DNA of 64,000 bases, from the NCBI RefSeq assembly GCF_018350175.1, contig NC_058368.1:189102001-189166000 (forward strand). Reading direction: 5' to 3'. Shown piece by piece: positions 12,320-24,796 of this stretch. Position 1 is the first letter of the stretch. Each line of letters opens with the position of its first letter. A program made the translations under genes and the position numbers. Source of the DNA: Felis catus (taxonomy: Eukaryota). The notes under the pieces were generated by a model. The model saw only the letters and a list, made by a program, of their open reading frames with translations. It ran no database searches and was not told the origin of the DNA.

Positions 12320-12510
12320 CCCCGCTGCTTATAGTTGTATGACTTTGGGCATGTAATGTGACCTCTGGGAACATCACTTTCCTCACCTGTAAAAGAGAGA
12401 TCAGGAAAATGTCTATCACCCAGGAGTGCTGTGACTGTTAAAGAGATAAAATATATGAAGTGCTTAGCAAGTTTCCTGGCACATAATAAGTGTCAATCAG
12501 CAGTACTCAT
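12320..12510 (+). mobile_element. MIR SINE
   Basis: TGACTTTGGGCA...TTTCCTCACCTGTAAAA...AGTGCTTAGCA..CCTGGCACATAATAAGTG. Confidence 0.85.
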
Positions 12511-13399
12511 TGTTAATGTGTGTGCTAAATTGCAAAAAAAAAAAAAAAAAAAAAAGAGTTAGTTCTAAGCTCAGTGTTTAGGAAGGGCACGTCATAAATG
12601 AGAAATCTAGGGACCAGGTTGGAGAAAGGAGGTGCTGGATAAGAGGTGGGAGGGGTGGTGATGCAGAAATCCATTTTAATTGCAATTTGAAACTAGAATC
12701 TTGACCTCCCAAAGTGGCAGCATGATCTTTTGTCATCAGAGCCTCCATTAGTCAAAAGTGGGACTTGAATGTAAGGTAGTTTCTTTCAAATTATCCACTA
12801 GCATACCATGGGGATCTTTTTCTCCTCCTCTAGAATCTTCTGCTAATGTTACGGAGTTTATGGTTCCCATAATGCACATGTACAGTATCTATTTCATTTA
12901 ATTTGCTATTAACACTTACAGTTTCACTTACTTCAACACAGCTGGATAAAAAGAATTGAAATCAACCATCTATGGTGGAATTGGAATGTAGCTATTAGCA
13001 GTTTTATTTGCAAACCTACCCTACTCTTACCTATCTTGTGTCGTGGCACAAATTCCATTCAAAAAACAATTATTAAATGCAGATTTATGTCAAGCAGAGT
13101 CACGATGCTTTCTCTAGCAAACCTATTTCTTACCAGCTTTGCTGCACTCCAGTGTCACCCAAGAGTGTAAGAGACTTTTGTAAAAACAAACCAAGTAAAC
13201 GACAATTTCTAAAAATCTCCATCTCTTTAAGTAAAAATGTAAACCTTATTCTTTCTTAACTTGAATAAGTGAAATAATTGGCAACTTTTCCTAGTGCTGG
13301 GTTTTATGGTGCTGGAACTTGCTATTATAATCAAAGTATGTTTGGAGAATGGTATCTATATAAAAAGGACTCATAGAAGTTGTAGTTGCCCAAAGGCAT

Positions 13400-13850
13400 C
13401 TACCTAAGCCAGCTCAAACAAAAGAGAATGACCTATTTCTGGGCCTTACAGGGACTGGAAATGGAAACCCATCCATTTGCAAGGTATCTACGCTTACCAT
13501 GTTTCTCTTTCTGGAAACATGTCATCTTATACCCTTTTTTTCTGTGCAATTGATCAAACTTTCCATTTTTCTGGGCAGATTGGTTTTCTCTGCTAATCCT
13601 CCAGCTTGCAACAGGCTGAAAAAGGCTATCCCACTCCAATGTGAATGTGACCTTTTAATGTAGGGATCTGCCATTGTCTGATCTCGGCAGTGAGCCTCTT
13701 AATTCAGATTTTCATAGAGAAAGAGAGAATTAGATTAGTCATCACCTAATCCATGGACTGGCTCCCCTGGGTCATAAGTGTACCCTGATCTAACCAGCTG
13801 TTACTGGGGAGAGGTAACATGGTACAAACGTGGTGGCCTAGACTCAGCAC
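13400..13850 (-). mobile_element. Degraded MLT1-class LTR (tentative)
   Basis: AGAGAGAATTAGATT...GGGTCATAAGTGTACCCTGATCTAACCAGCTGT resembles old MLT1 sequence. Confidence 0.4.
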
Positions 13851-15037
13851 TCACAGATATGTCATAATGAAGCCACTAAATCAAATCTCTTGCCCCCTTC
13901 TCTCAGTAGAAGAAATATCCATCGGCGGCAGGAACTTATGCGGGGTCTCTTCAAGCTACTTTTCAAAATTAAAACCCAAATAACCAGATGCTTCTTCAGA
14001 ACACTTGTGTTTCAAATTCGCTTAAAATTCTCCCACTTTTTCCATTCTGAGTCTTTCTAAATTAAATTCCTTTAAACAGGTATCTTCTATTGGTTTGTAC
14101 ACACAGTGAAATTGCATCAATAGTCATATGAAGAAAATTATTTTCTTGCACGTGCCTGGAAATTTTCATTTAAATCTAGTTATATTTTATACACTTGAAA
14201 ATTTTGGACAAGCTAATGAACATACAGCTTATATAACTGTTCAACCACTCATGCTCAACAAAAATTGCCAACACACACAATATCCCATTGTCTAGCATTA
14301 ATTCTGAAAACTGTTCCAGAAATAATATCGTCAGGACTCTCCCTCTGAGATGAGGCCAAAAAAGTCGTATACACCTTCCAGTATATAGCTAACTGCCTAG
14401 GGCTATATCAAGCTCATTGTTTATTCAGACAAAGCTTTTCCCTTCCATAACTTTCTCCTTCCCTGTGCAGGAGGGAAAAACTGGGGGTGAGGGGTGGGGG
14501 TAGGATGGGGTGGGACACAACGCTCATTTTGAAATGTATGAGAGTTGGATACTCCCAAAATTCCAGCAAGATTACACACACAAAAAAATCTCATCTGGTA
14601 AATATTACATTCTGTTTTTGTCTTTGCTTTAGTTCTTACACAACTTGACAGTTTGTGGTATTGTGCCACATTTCAGAGCTAAGGTTTACAAACATCTGGC
14701 TGGTGGGCAACATTCCATTCCCCATGGGCCCCCAGTGTCTCTGGGATAAAGTGTTTGCAACATACCAACCGAGGTGGAAAACAAGAGTTTTCCTAGAGAA
14801 CAATGAGAGTAAGCAAGACATTTTGCTTCACAAGATTCCTTTAAAGGAGGCTGGATCTGGGAAATTTAACCCACTTGCTCCCACCAAATGATCTTTGGAG
14901 AGCTAGGAATCCTTGGACCCTTCTGCTGAGTGGCCAGTTAGTGGATCCCTTTAAGCCCCTAGAGTTATGAAAACTTACTCAATAAAGCATCATAATAATG
15001 AAGTGATACAAACTCTTTAGTCATTTAACAGGAGTAT

Positions 15038-15267
15038 TTTATTTTTATGTTTTAAAGTTTATTTGTTTTGAGAGAAAGAGAGAGAGAGAGAGTGAGAGAG
15101 AGCACAAGTGGGGTTGGGACAGAGAGAAGGAGAGACAGAATTCCAAGCAGTCTCCACACTGTCAAAACAGAGCCCCATGCAGGGTTTGATCTCACAAAGT
15201 CATGAGATCATGACTTGAGCTGATATGAAGAGTCGGACACTAAACCGATGGTGCACCCAGGTGCCCC
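15038..15267 (-). mobile_element. SINEC
   Basis: GA-rich segment, GAGATCATGACTTGAGCTGA...ACCCAGGTGCCCC; flanks AGGAGTAT on both sides. Confidence 0.95.
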
Positions 15268-16629
15268 TAAAGGAGTATCCCAGGGGGATTATCTGGGGTG
15301 GGATTATTTCTGTATATTTATCTAGGAATAAGAAAATATTCTCTTTTTCTTATAGTTTTATGGAGGAAGGGGTAACAGGATCATACATGTTAGTTAAGGC
15401 ACATGAACTAATGTCTGGCACTTTGTAAGAGCTACTTAAGTTTTTTCCTTTCACCATCATTATTTCTATGTTGGCATCAATGTGTATAGAGGAAAGTTAT
15501 TTTTTAAATGCTCAGATTTTTGATATTGAATTCTGATGCTTAATAATAATTGACATGCCATCTCCTTCTGTCTTTGTGTTCTCTTTTTTCCTTCTTGTTT
15601 AAATGCTATACTAGGATATTGGTATATTGCTCAGAGGAAGAAATTCTAGTGTTACTGCAGTTCTTTTTTCAACGAGAGTGTCAACACTGAAGACTGTTGA
15701 TTTGGAGTGTTTACTAACAACTCTAATTCCTAAGACACAAACATCTAATTTTCTAGACCATATAAGACACCCCAAAAGGACTGTCATCTTTCTCTGGGGG
15801 GATTCCCTCATCAAATCTCCAGAACATGTGCAGTTATTAACCTGGGCTCTGTAGATTCTTAGTAGGGTTCATTTACTTCCTGCAACTTTGTGCAAATTCA
15901 TGTGTATGCATAGGCATGCAGTTTCCTAGAAAGAGGGCCAATAGTTTGCATCAGATCAGATCAAATCACAAAACATAAAAGGTTAGTGACTAGTTGTGTT
16001 GGGGGAATGAAGAGCCAGAGTAAGGAAGAGTTCTATGAGGAATTATGAAGGAAGCAAAGTCTCTCTCCTCTAGGCATGCCCATTTATCACCTCAGTATGG
16101 GCCTTTATACTTCCCCAGACACCAAGTACCCAAATGCAATCTTTCCCCACTTCCCTATGAAGTTTTCAACTTGATTCCTAATTCACTGTGAAAATGTACA
16201 CAATAGAAGATGTCTATAAAAGGTTTCTTTTGGGGGACTGAAGTCGTTAGCTGATGGACAAAACTAGGGAACCAGAGTCTCAGACCTCATCAGCTGGTGA
16301 GTGCTTCAGACTTGTGTAATTTCTATTTACAACCAGCCTGTCCTAAAGTCACTAGATATGAAAATCATCTCCCTCAAGGCAAACGTAGGAAGTGATTCCA
16401 CTCAGAGCATAGAACCTTCAGTTAAATCAACCACAAATAGCTCTTTAGCTTAAGCTCTGTGTAACATCTTACTGGTGGCCATAGGGGGAGAAGAAGGTAG
16501 CTCTGACTACCTTCAAAAAAAGTAGCACTTTTGATGAAACAACATGAGTTGAGTTGGTATCTCCAAACAATAAGAAAGGAGTATATAATTATCAAGCACT
16601 TATTGGTGCCAACCATGATGCCAGACAGA

Positions 16630-16870
16630 CTGATGGTGTAGAGTAAGAGGTCAGGAGCCTGGGAAAATTCTCACTCTACCACTTGATTAAAGAGGAAACT
16701 TGGACATGTTACATAACAGACCAACACCTTAGCGTCGTCATGTATAAAAAAGAAGATGTTTGTAATATTTTTCTCATAGGTTTGTTATCAGGATTATAAA
16801 AAAACATGTACATCAAGAGCATGGTATGTTCTTTCTACACAGTAAGAACTGAATAAATATTAGCTATAAC
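16630..16870 (+). mobile_element. MIR SINE
   Basis: CTTGGACATGTTACATAAC...CATGTATAAAA...CAGTAAGAACTGAATAAATATTAGCTAT. Confidence 0.7.
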
Positions 16871-16884
16871 TGATTCTTTCACTG

Positions 16885-17010
16885 AATGCTCATAATAACT
16901 CTAGGTAGTAGGTTATAGCCTTCCCATTTTGCAGATGGTGAGACTGATATTAGGAAGGGGAAAGAAGATGACTGCAGTCACATGGTCTATAAGGGGCAGA
17001 GCTAGTCTCT
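16885..17010 (-). mobile_element. MIR SINE fragment
   Basis: CCCATTTTGCAGATGGTGAGACTGA. Confidence 0.7.
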
Positions 17011-17352
17011 TTTTATTGTATAAAAAGTTTCTGCAATACAGTACACATATCACTGATCTATTGGTAAGTTAATATGAATGGTAAATGGGACAAATAGTTA
17101 TGCATTTATTCTAATGCATACATAAAAATATAACCACTAATCATCTCATAAGTTGAAGATGAAACTACATATAAATATTAAGTTAATTTTAAATCACTAA
17201 TAATGCAGATGAGACAATCAAATGGCTTAAGTTATGGATGTAATTTATGGAAGCAGAGGAAGAAAGAATGATCTCCTCATTAATGTTGAATAGGAGAAAG
17301 ACCAAGAAAAAGATAAAGGGTATAAGGTTGAGATTCAGAAATAAGGACTGGA

Positions 17353-17450
17353 ATATATCTATATTTATATCTATATATCTATATATCTATATCTATATCT
17401 ATATATCTGTATCTATCTATATCTGTATTGATATAAATATATAGATATTA
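17353..17450. repeat. Imperfect (TATATC)n low-complexity repeat
   Basis: Directly visible. Confidence 0.9.
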
Positions 17451-17966
17451 AATTCCTCCCAGAAATTCACTATAACTTGCCAACACATCCTTGCTACAGC
17501 TGTTAGAGATCTGATTATGGCATTTGCCTGTGACTCAAGCAGTCAGTTCCTTCCAGAGAATGTTGGCACTCCACATAACCCAACTAATACCCCAGTGAGG
17601 AAACCGCTGTTAATGATTCTGATGACCAGAAGGTTATCAGAAGGAGGCTGGACCCAGAAGGGCCTGTGGGATGCAAGGCAGAGACATATGGAAAGAAAGG
17701 GAATGGTGTGACCCACTTTAATCACAGTTCTCCCTTAGTAAGTCTATCAGATCCCCATAAAGTACCACGTGGTACCAATTTTAATGTTATAAAATATTAC
17801 CAGTAGATGATATTTCCAACCCATTTTACTATTGTTTTCTAATAAAATATCGTTCCCTTCCTTGTTCCAGCATTTTGTCTTGTACCCTTAAGCTCTGGTG
17901 TTAAAGAAACAAAAAAGTAGTAGAGTTGTTGATTTTACCCTCCTTACTTGTCTTGCTTTCTCATTA

Positions 17967-18451
17967 CAGTCTCTGACTTATGACAGTTCAACTTACGGTT
18001 TTTAAACTTTACAATTGGTGAAAGTGCACACTCAGTAGAAACTACACTTCAAATTTTGACTTTTGATCTTTTCCAAGGCCAGCAATATGTGGTATGATAC
18101 TTCCTCATGATGCTGGGCAACGAGCTTAGCTCCCAGTGAGTTACATAGTCATGAGGGCAATACACCTACAACCATTCTACACCCATACAACCATTCTGCT
18201 TTTCACTTTTAGTGAAGTATTCAACAAATCTCGTGAGATATTCCACACTTTACTATAGAATAGGTTTTGTGTTGGATGATTTTCTTCTAACTCTAGGCTA
18301 ATTTAAGTGTTCTGAACATATTTAAGCTAGACAAGGCTAAGCTATGGTGTTTGGTAGGTTAGGTGCATTAAATGCATTTTTGACTTATGATGGTTTCAGC
18401 TTACAATGGGTTTATTGGGATGTAACCCCATCATAAGCTGAGAAATATCTG
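17967..18451 (-). mobile_element. MER47/Tigger5-family TcMar DNA transposon derivative
   Basis: TA|CAG...GACTTATGA left end; GGCTAAGCTATGGTGTTTGGTAGGTTAGGTGCATTAAATGCATTTT...GGGATGTAACCCCATCATAAG...ATCTG right end. Confidence 0.9.
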
Positions 18452-18554
18452 GGAGCTATTTATTCTCTCAAGGAGGGATGAGAAGGAAAAACCTTACAGA
18501 GAAGCGCAGTTAAGCCAACAGGACTGGGCAAATGATGCCATAAGCATAGAAGTG

Positions 18555-18780
18555 TCATATAGTACAAAAAAGAATGCTTTTGAGAACCAGATGGCAATAG
18601 GTTCAAATGTTATCTGCATTTCTAGGCTGAGTCACCTGAATAGGTCATTTAACTTTTTTGAGCTTAAGCTTCCTCATTTAAAAAATAAGGATACTAAATA
18701 CCCCAATGTTGTCATGAAGATTAAGCAAGAACCAGGTAGGTAAAAAAGCTAGTATACAATAGTGCTCAAGATTTAGGCTA
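18555..18780 (+). mobile_element. MIR SINE
   Basis: GTCATTTAACTTTTTTGAGCTTAAGCTTCCTCATTTAAAAAAT...GTTGTCATGAAGATTAA. Confidence 0.7.
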
Positions 18781-19439
18781 TTTATCTTTCCTCTCTTGTC
18801 ATGTCAGTGTCTTGTACCATAAGAGCTGTTATCCTGTCTCCATTTCCTGGTAGTAAATGTGAAGATTCTAATCTAATTCCAAATGTTTTCTTCCTGCATC
18901 AGGCACTCTGGCTAAGACCCATTTTCCAAACCTCTGTCTTTGAAAGCTTCCTATCTGAAAACTGTCAACACAGGACTGTGACACATTAGCCAAGATCTGC
19001 TTTCGTGCAAGAGCAAAGTCTTGCCATATCCAGGGAGATGAGCTTTTCCACTAGAGGTGCCAAACGGCTGTGCACCTCCCATAAAACTCATCCATCCTTG
19101 GGTAAGTCGTGGCTAACACACTTTGTTGGAGCATTTTTATTTTCATTTCATGACAACAGAATTTATAATTTCTTTCAACATTCTGTTCCTTCTCTCTGAC
19201 CCTGTATCTTTTTTATTTTTATTTATTTATTTTTGTCTTCTTGGCACCAACAGAGGATCCCATGCATCTAGCAAATTCTTTCTGAATATTTGAATATCAA
19301 TTGGTGACCTGTCCCTTCAATTAGGGCATCTGGTAGTATTTAGAGTTTAGTAGAAGGTTTAAAAAAATAAACCACTCCATCACCTTGGGAAAAAGCAGAG
19401 TGGTATTTCAAGTGTAGGAGATACCAGGTAACATAAGAA

Positions 19440-20325
19440 GAGCCTAGTTTATTTATCTCCATCTCTACCTACACCATTGTAATCCAAGCCACCTTCATCT
19501 TTTGCCTTGGTCATTAAAATGGTCACTTAAGCAGTCTCATCATCTATTTTCAGGCACCTCTCCAGTTTTCTAAGGTGCAGCCAGAGTACTAATTTCAAAG
19601 GCAAATCAAACACCAGCTTCCCACCTATTTAAAATCCTTCAATGAATTCCTTTTTCCAAATGGGTAAGAATAAAATCTTTAATATGGTTTGAAAGACCAT
19701 TTAATAGTTATTCTGTCCCATCCTTTCCAGGCCTACCATCTCTGTCTCCACTCATGCAATCTCAGTATATGCTTTTAGATTATGCAGAACACAGACCTAA
19801 TACCCAAGTTCAGGACAGGTGCTTTTGTGACTATGCCCTCACATTTCTTTTCTGTAATCCCCTCTTATATATGTTTATCTTAACTTGTAATTACTGTATA
19901 CAATAATTAGCATGATTATTTTGTTACTTTCATTGGACTCTATGCAAAAACTTTAACGAATTTGTTCATCACTGTATTTCCAGAGCCTTGTTCAGGAGTA
20001 GGGACATAGTAGGAATACTAACAATAGGCATTATTAACCAGTTCTAAACACTTTAGATGTTAACTCTTAATACTCACAACAACCCATGAAGAAGCTATTA
20101 TTACCCTCCTTTGACTAATGGAGAGGCTGTAGTACAGAGAGGTTAAATAAGCTGCCCATAGTTACACAGCTAATACATAGGACATCTGAGTCTTGAAACC
20201 CGGTAATTTCGTTTCAGAGTCAATGCTCTTAACCATTATGCCAATCTGCTTCCAACGTAGTAGGAGGTGCTCTAGTTGTAGTAACTACTCAATAAATATT
20301 TGTTAATTTAATAATGAATAATGAA
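19440..20325 (+). mobile_element. L2 3' region with nested MIR
   Basis: TCCAAGCCACCTTCATCT...GCAGCCAGAGT...TTGTTCATCACTGTATTTCCAGAGCCT...CTCAATAAATATTTGTTAA. Confidence 0.8.
20015..20254 (-). mobile_element. MIR SINE nested in L2
   Basis: TAATACTCACAACAACCCATGA...CAGAGAGGTTAAATAAGCTGCCCATAGTTACACAGCTA...GCTCTTAACCATTATGC. Confidence 0.88.
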
Positions 20326-22124
20326 CAGATTGCTGCTTAAATGACCCACTGGGAGGCCCAAGGCCCTTGAGTTTGTTGAGGATTGGAGAAAAGTTATCAA
20401 AAATGGCAACTCCGGTGGTGCATAAGATCAGCATCACCTGGCAAACCAGTGTAGTAGGGAATACCAAAGAAGCAGCCCTCTTGAGCTGTGCCTGTTATAC
20501 TGGAAGCTGCCGTATCATTCTTGCTGTTTGGAAATGCTGGCAGGCAACAACTCCGCTCCTGACTAAGCAAGAGCAAGTTTAAATATAGATGAGGGCTCTA
20601 AAAATGCTGCTGTTGAGGCTGTAACAGGTGACGGTAGACATTTTTTTTGTAGGCAAGCACATTACAAAGCCTTTGAAAGTTGAGCCTGAACCACGACTAC
20701 CCTTGAGTGTTTATCCCCAAGAGTTTTTAATGTGATGCTGGGGACCATTGTCATTTACTGAAGGATTTGTCTATTTGCTATGAATGTCAAGAGACTGAGA
20801 ACTTGTCTATTTACCATGAATGTCAAGAGACTGACATTCATAAAGATGAACAAATACCTTTTACCTACAGAGGCTGTGCCTTCGAGGAGGTCATCTGGGG
20901 CTGACAGCAAGTGAACAGCACAGAGGAAATTCTAGAGGGATTCTTTTGTCCTCAAAGAACAAGGAAAATGGCAAAATAGAAATTTCGCTGACCTCTTAAA
21001 AAGATTTAACATTTGGAGAGTTACTTGCTCAACACTTGGTCAACAATATGGACAGGGGACATTTACACAGACCAGAGCAGAGCATGGGTCAGCAGAAGTC
21101 ATAAACAAGGAGGAGAGGATGGGGGCTCTGTCCTTGGAGAGTTGATACTTTAGTTAGGAAGGTCAAACACTCAAATAATGTCTCAGCAATACTTCCGAAC
21201 CAACTGATGCCCCAGTCAAATGAAGAGTGTATAAATTGAATGGGGCTTGTAAGAAGGACAGCGAGCAAATTTCACTGGAACTAGGTTAGACCTTCACTAG
21301 CATGCTATGTTAGAGACTGGAGATAGAAACACAAATATGATTTTTCTATTCTTCAAGGAACTTAAAACTTGGGTGTGGAGACAAGACATGTAATCTCAGA
21401 TGTGATAAGTGCTGAGACAGAAGAAACCCAGGGTTCCAGAGGTGAGGGACTAACTTGGAGTGATATGGGTCAGGGAAAGCTTTCCAGAGCTGTACTTTAG
21501 AGCATAAGAAACTTGTCAGTGGTGCTGGTGAGAGGGATGAAAAGTGGAGAGATATATATTTCAGGTCACACAGGTAACCAGTTGTAATGCTAAGACTTGA
21601 ACACATGTGTATCTAGTTCCAAATCCCCTGTATTTTCCACCACAATAAGCAGTCTTCTAAGTCATTAAATATTTATTGAATATGTGCTATATGTAGCTAC
21701 TATGCCATAAGGCTTGGCTTCTACCCCCTAAATGTACTAATCTTGATCCTTATTTACATAAGAGTTTAAATGTTTGACTCATATGATAACTTCTAGTGGT
21801 ACTGTTTTGTTGATGAAGCCTAAGTCTATCATAAGGTAAGCACTCAATAAATATTTGATAAGTATACTGAATCGACAAATAAATGAGTTTATACCACATG
21901 AATAGGTGATGAGAAGATAGAGTCAGACTACAGTAGAGGGTGAAGAACATGGAAGGGGGAGTCTGGAATGGAGTTTTGAGGGCAAAGAGAGCCATGAAAT
22001 GGCAAATAGAAACCAAGAAGAGTAAATACAAAGGCAAGGAGAAAAAATGAGTAAGTTAGGCATCATACTCTCATTGCTCTAGTCAATGACGGCCATAATA
22101 CCAGTACCACTGCCACATCCAATG

Positions 22125-22335
22125 TGGCATTCTGAACATCTACTATGTGTTGGATTTCATATTAATTGTTTTGTACATATGGCTAATTCTAACTATAGAC
22201 CTGCAGGTCAGATGGTATAATTTCCACCATATAGTTGATGATATAGCATAAGGATGATTTGTAAGTTGGCGTCACAAAAATTGGAGATAGCGTTAAAATC
22301 CAGGTCCCTTTGACCTAAAAATCCCATATTCTTTT
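22125..22335 (-). mobile_element. MIR SINE (degraded)
   Basis: CTGAACATCTACTATGTG...AAATCCAGGTC..TGACCTAAAAATCCCATATTCTT. Confidence 0.55.
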
Positions 22336-22411
22336 TATGGGATTTTATAGCTTTAAATGAGCTAATAACTATATTAGCCACATACTATACACTCAACCCT
22401 TTCCTGATTTT

Positions 22412-22628
22412 TTTTTTCTTTTCTCTTTTCTTATTTTTTTTTTTTGAGAAAGATTGCATGAACAGGGGAGGGGGCAGGAGGCAGAGGGAAAGGGAAAGAG
22501 AGAATCTTAAGCAGACTCCATGCCCAGTGCAGAGCCCTATGTGGGACTTGCACCCACATCCGTGAGATCATGACCTGAGCCGAAATCAAGAGTTGGACGC
22601 TTAATCAACAAAGCCCCCCAGATGCCCC
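22412..22628 (-). mobile_element. SINEC
   Basis: GAGAATCTTAAGCAGACTCCATGCCCAGTGCAGAGCCC...GAGATCATGACCTGAGCCGAAATCAAGAG; flanks CTGATTTT on both sides. Confidence 0.95.
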
Positions 22629-22977
22629 TCTGATTTTACAATACAGGTCTGATCCTAAGCCTAAAAAGTACCTATTCTTTCATATATTCCAATATAGAAA
22701 TGATACAGACATTCATCTGTCCATTTACCTGGGAATTTAATGTATTGGGTCTTGATTGTAGGAAATATATCTTATTGGTTCTGCTTCTCTGGATAACCCT
22801 AATACAGTTCCCTTTATCCTTCATTGCATCATGGTAATTCCAAGGATTTTCAGTAAATTTTGTCCAGGTGGGTTTTATATGATGATACTACGTTAGTGGT
22901 TGAGGAAAATGAAAAGTTGGTGATTTGAGTAACATTCGGGGAAAGTCAAAAGCAGTTCTTCTTTTCATAATCTAAAC

Positions 22978-23162
22978 TGTGGTTCTCAAAGTGTGGTCCC
23001 AATTAGTAGCAATAACATCACTTTGGAACATCCTAGAAGAACAACTTATTAGGATCCACCTAAGATATAATGAATCATACTCTCTGTTGTGGGATCCAGA
23101 AACTTGTGTTTTAACAAGGCCTTCAGATGATTTTGATGCATTCTACAGATTGGGAACCATTA
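22978..23162. mobile_element. MER5A hAT-Charlie MITE
   Basis: TGTGGTTCTCAAAGTGTGGTCC...GGGAACCATTA termini; 8-bp TSD ATCTAAAC / ATCTAGAC. Confidence 0.88.
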
Positions 23163-23410
23163 ATCTAGACTCTCAACATGATAAGGAGAGAATGAATACT
23201 TTAAAATATTGGACAAATTTATATAAAAAAATAAAACAGGATCCATAAGTCTGAATCCATCAAGACCCTGATGAAAATGTAGTAGCCACAGTGAAAATAG
23301 TAAAGGTCAATGGGTGGCAGCAGGGATAAGTGGGTTGCAAGACTTTCCTTCTAAAGAGAACAGTACAATTTCTCCAAATACCAAGATTGAAGCAAATCAA
23401 AAATCAAGCA

Positions 23411-24580
23411 GAAATCATCAAAATCCTATGGGAGAAAACAAGCAGCAATCTCTTTGACAAGGCTGTAGCAACTTCTTACTTAACATGGCTCCGGAGGCAA
23501 AGGAAATAAAAGCAAAAATGAACTATTGGGATCTCATCAAGATAAAAAGTTTCTGCACAGCGAAGGAAACAATTAACAAAACTGAAAGGCAACCAATGGA
23601 ATGGGAGAAGATATTTGCACATGATGTATTGGATAAAGGATTAGTATCCAAAATCTATAAAGAATTTACCAAACTCAGCACCCAAAAACAATCCAGTGAA
23701 GAAATGGGAAGAATACATTAATAGACACTTTTCCAAAGAAGACATCTAGATGGCTAACAGACACATGAAAAAATGGTAAACATCACTCATCATCAGGGAA
23801 ATACAAATCAAAACCACAATGAGATACCACCACACACCTGTCAGAATGGCTACAATTAACAACTCAGGCAAATCAGATGTTGGCGACGATGTGGAGAAAG
23901 GGGAACACTTTTGGCACTACTGATGGGAATGCAAACTGGTGCAACCACTCTGGAAAACAGCATGAAGTTTCCTCAAAAAATTAAAAATAGAACTACCCTA
24001 TGACCCAGCAATTGCACTACTAGGAATTTATCCAAAGGATACAAAAATGCTGATTTGAAGTGGAATATGCACCCTAATGTTTCTAGCAGTGCTATCAACA
24101 ATAGCCAAATTATGGAAAGAGCCCAAATGTCCATCAACTGATGAATGGATAAAGAAGATGTGGTATATATATACAATGGAACACTACTTAGTGATGAAAA
24201 AGAATGAAATCTTTCCATTTGCAACAATATGGGTGGAACTAGATAGGGTATTATGCTAAGTGAAATAAGTCAGAGAATGACAGATGTCATATGATTTCAC
24301 TCATGTGGAATTTGAGAAACTCAGCAGATGAACATAGGCGAAGGGAAGGAAAAATAAGATAAAAATAAAGAGAGAGTCAAACCATAAGAGACGCTTAAAT
24401 ACAGAGAGGGTTGCTGGAGGGGAGGAGGGTAGGAGGATGGGGTAAATGGGTGATGGGCATTAAAGAGGGCACTTGTTGGGATAAACACTGGGTGTCATAT
24501 GAAAGAGATGAATCACTGGGTTCTACTCCTGAAGCTAAGACTACACTGGAGGTTAACTGACTTGAATTAAAAAAAAATTA
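23411..24580 (+). mobile_element. 5'-truncated carnivore L1 (ORF2 C-terminus and 3' UTR, disrupted)
   Basis: ORF pieces KAKMNYWDLIKIKSFCTAKETI and IAKLWKEPKCPSTDEWIKKMWYIYTME match L1 ORF2p; frameshifts and stops present; ends in an A-tail. Confidence 0.97.
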
Positions 24581-24589
24581 AAATATGAA

Positions 24590-24796
24590 TTTTTTTTAAT
24601 GTTTACTTATTTGTTTTTGAGAAAGAGAGCACAAGCTGGGGAAGGGCAGAGAGAGAGGGAGACACAGACTCTGAAATAGGCTTCAGGCTTCAGTCTGTCA
24701 GTGCGGAGCCCAACATGGGGCTTGAACCCATGAACCATGAGATCATGACTTGAGCCAAAGTTGGATGCTTAACCAACTGAGTCACCCAAATGCCTC
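24590..24796 (-). mobile_element. SINEC, tail-to-tail with the L1
   Basis: Typical SINEC body; flanks AAAATATGAA / AAAATGTGAA. Confidence 0.95.

Noticed and set aside
13890..14060. Coding exon after acceptor-like CCCCCTTCTCTCAG
   Set aside because: No recognisable peptide, and no good donor before stop codons.
23485..24259. ORFs 23485-23721 and 24077-24259
   Set aside because: They are fragments of a frameshifted L1 ORF2.
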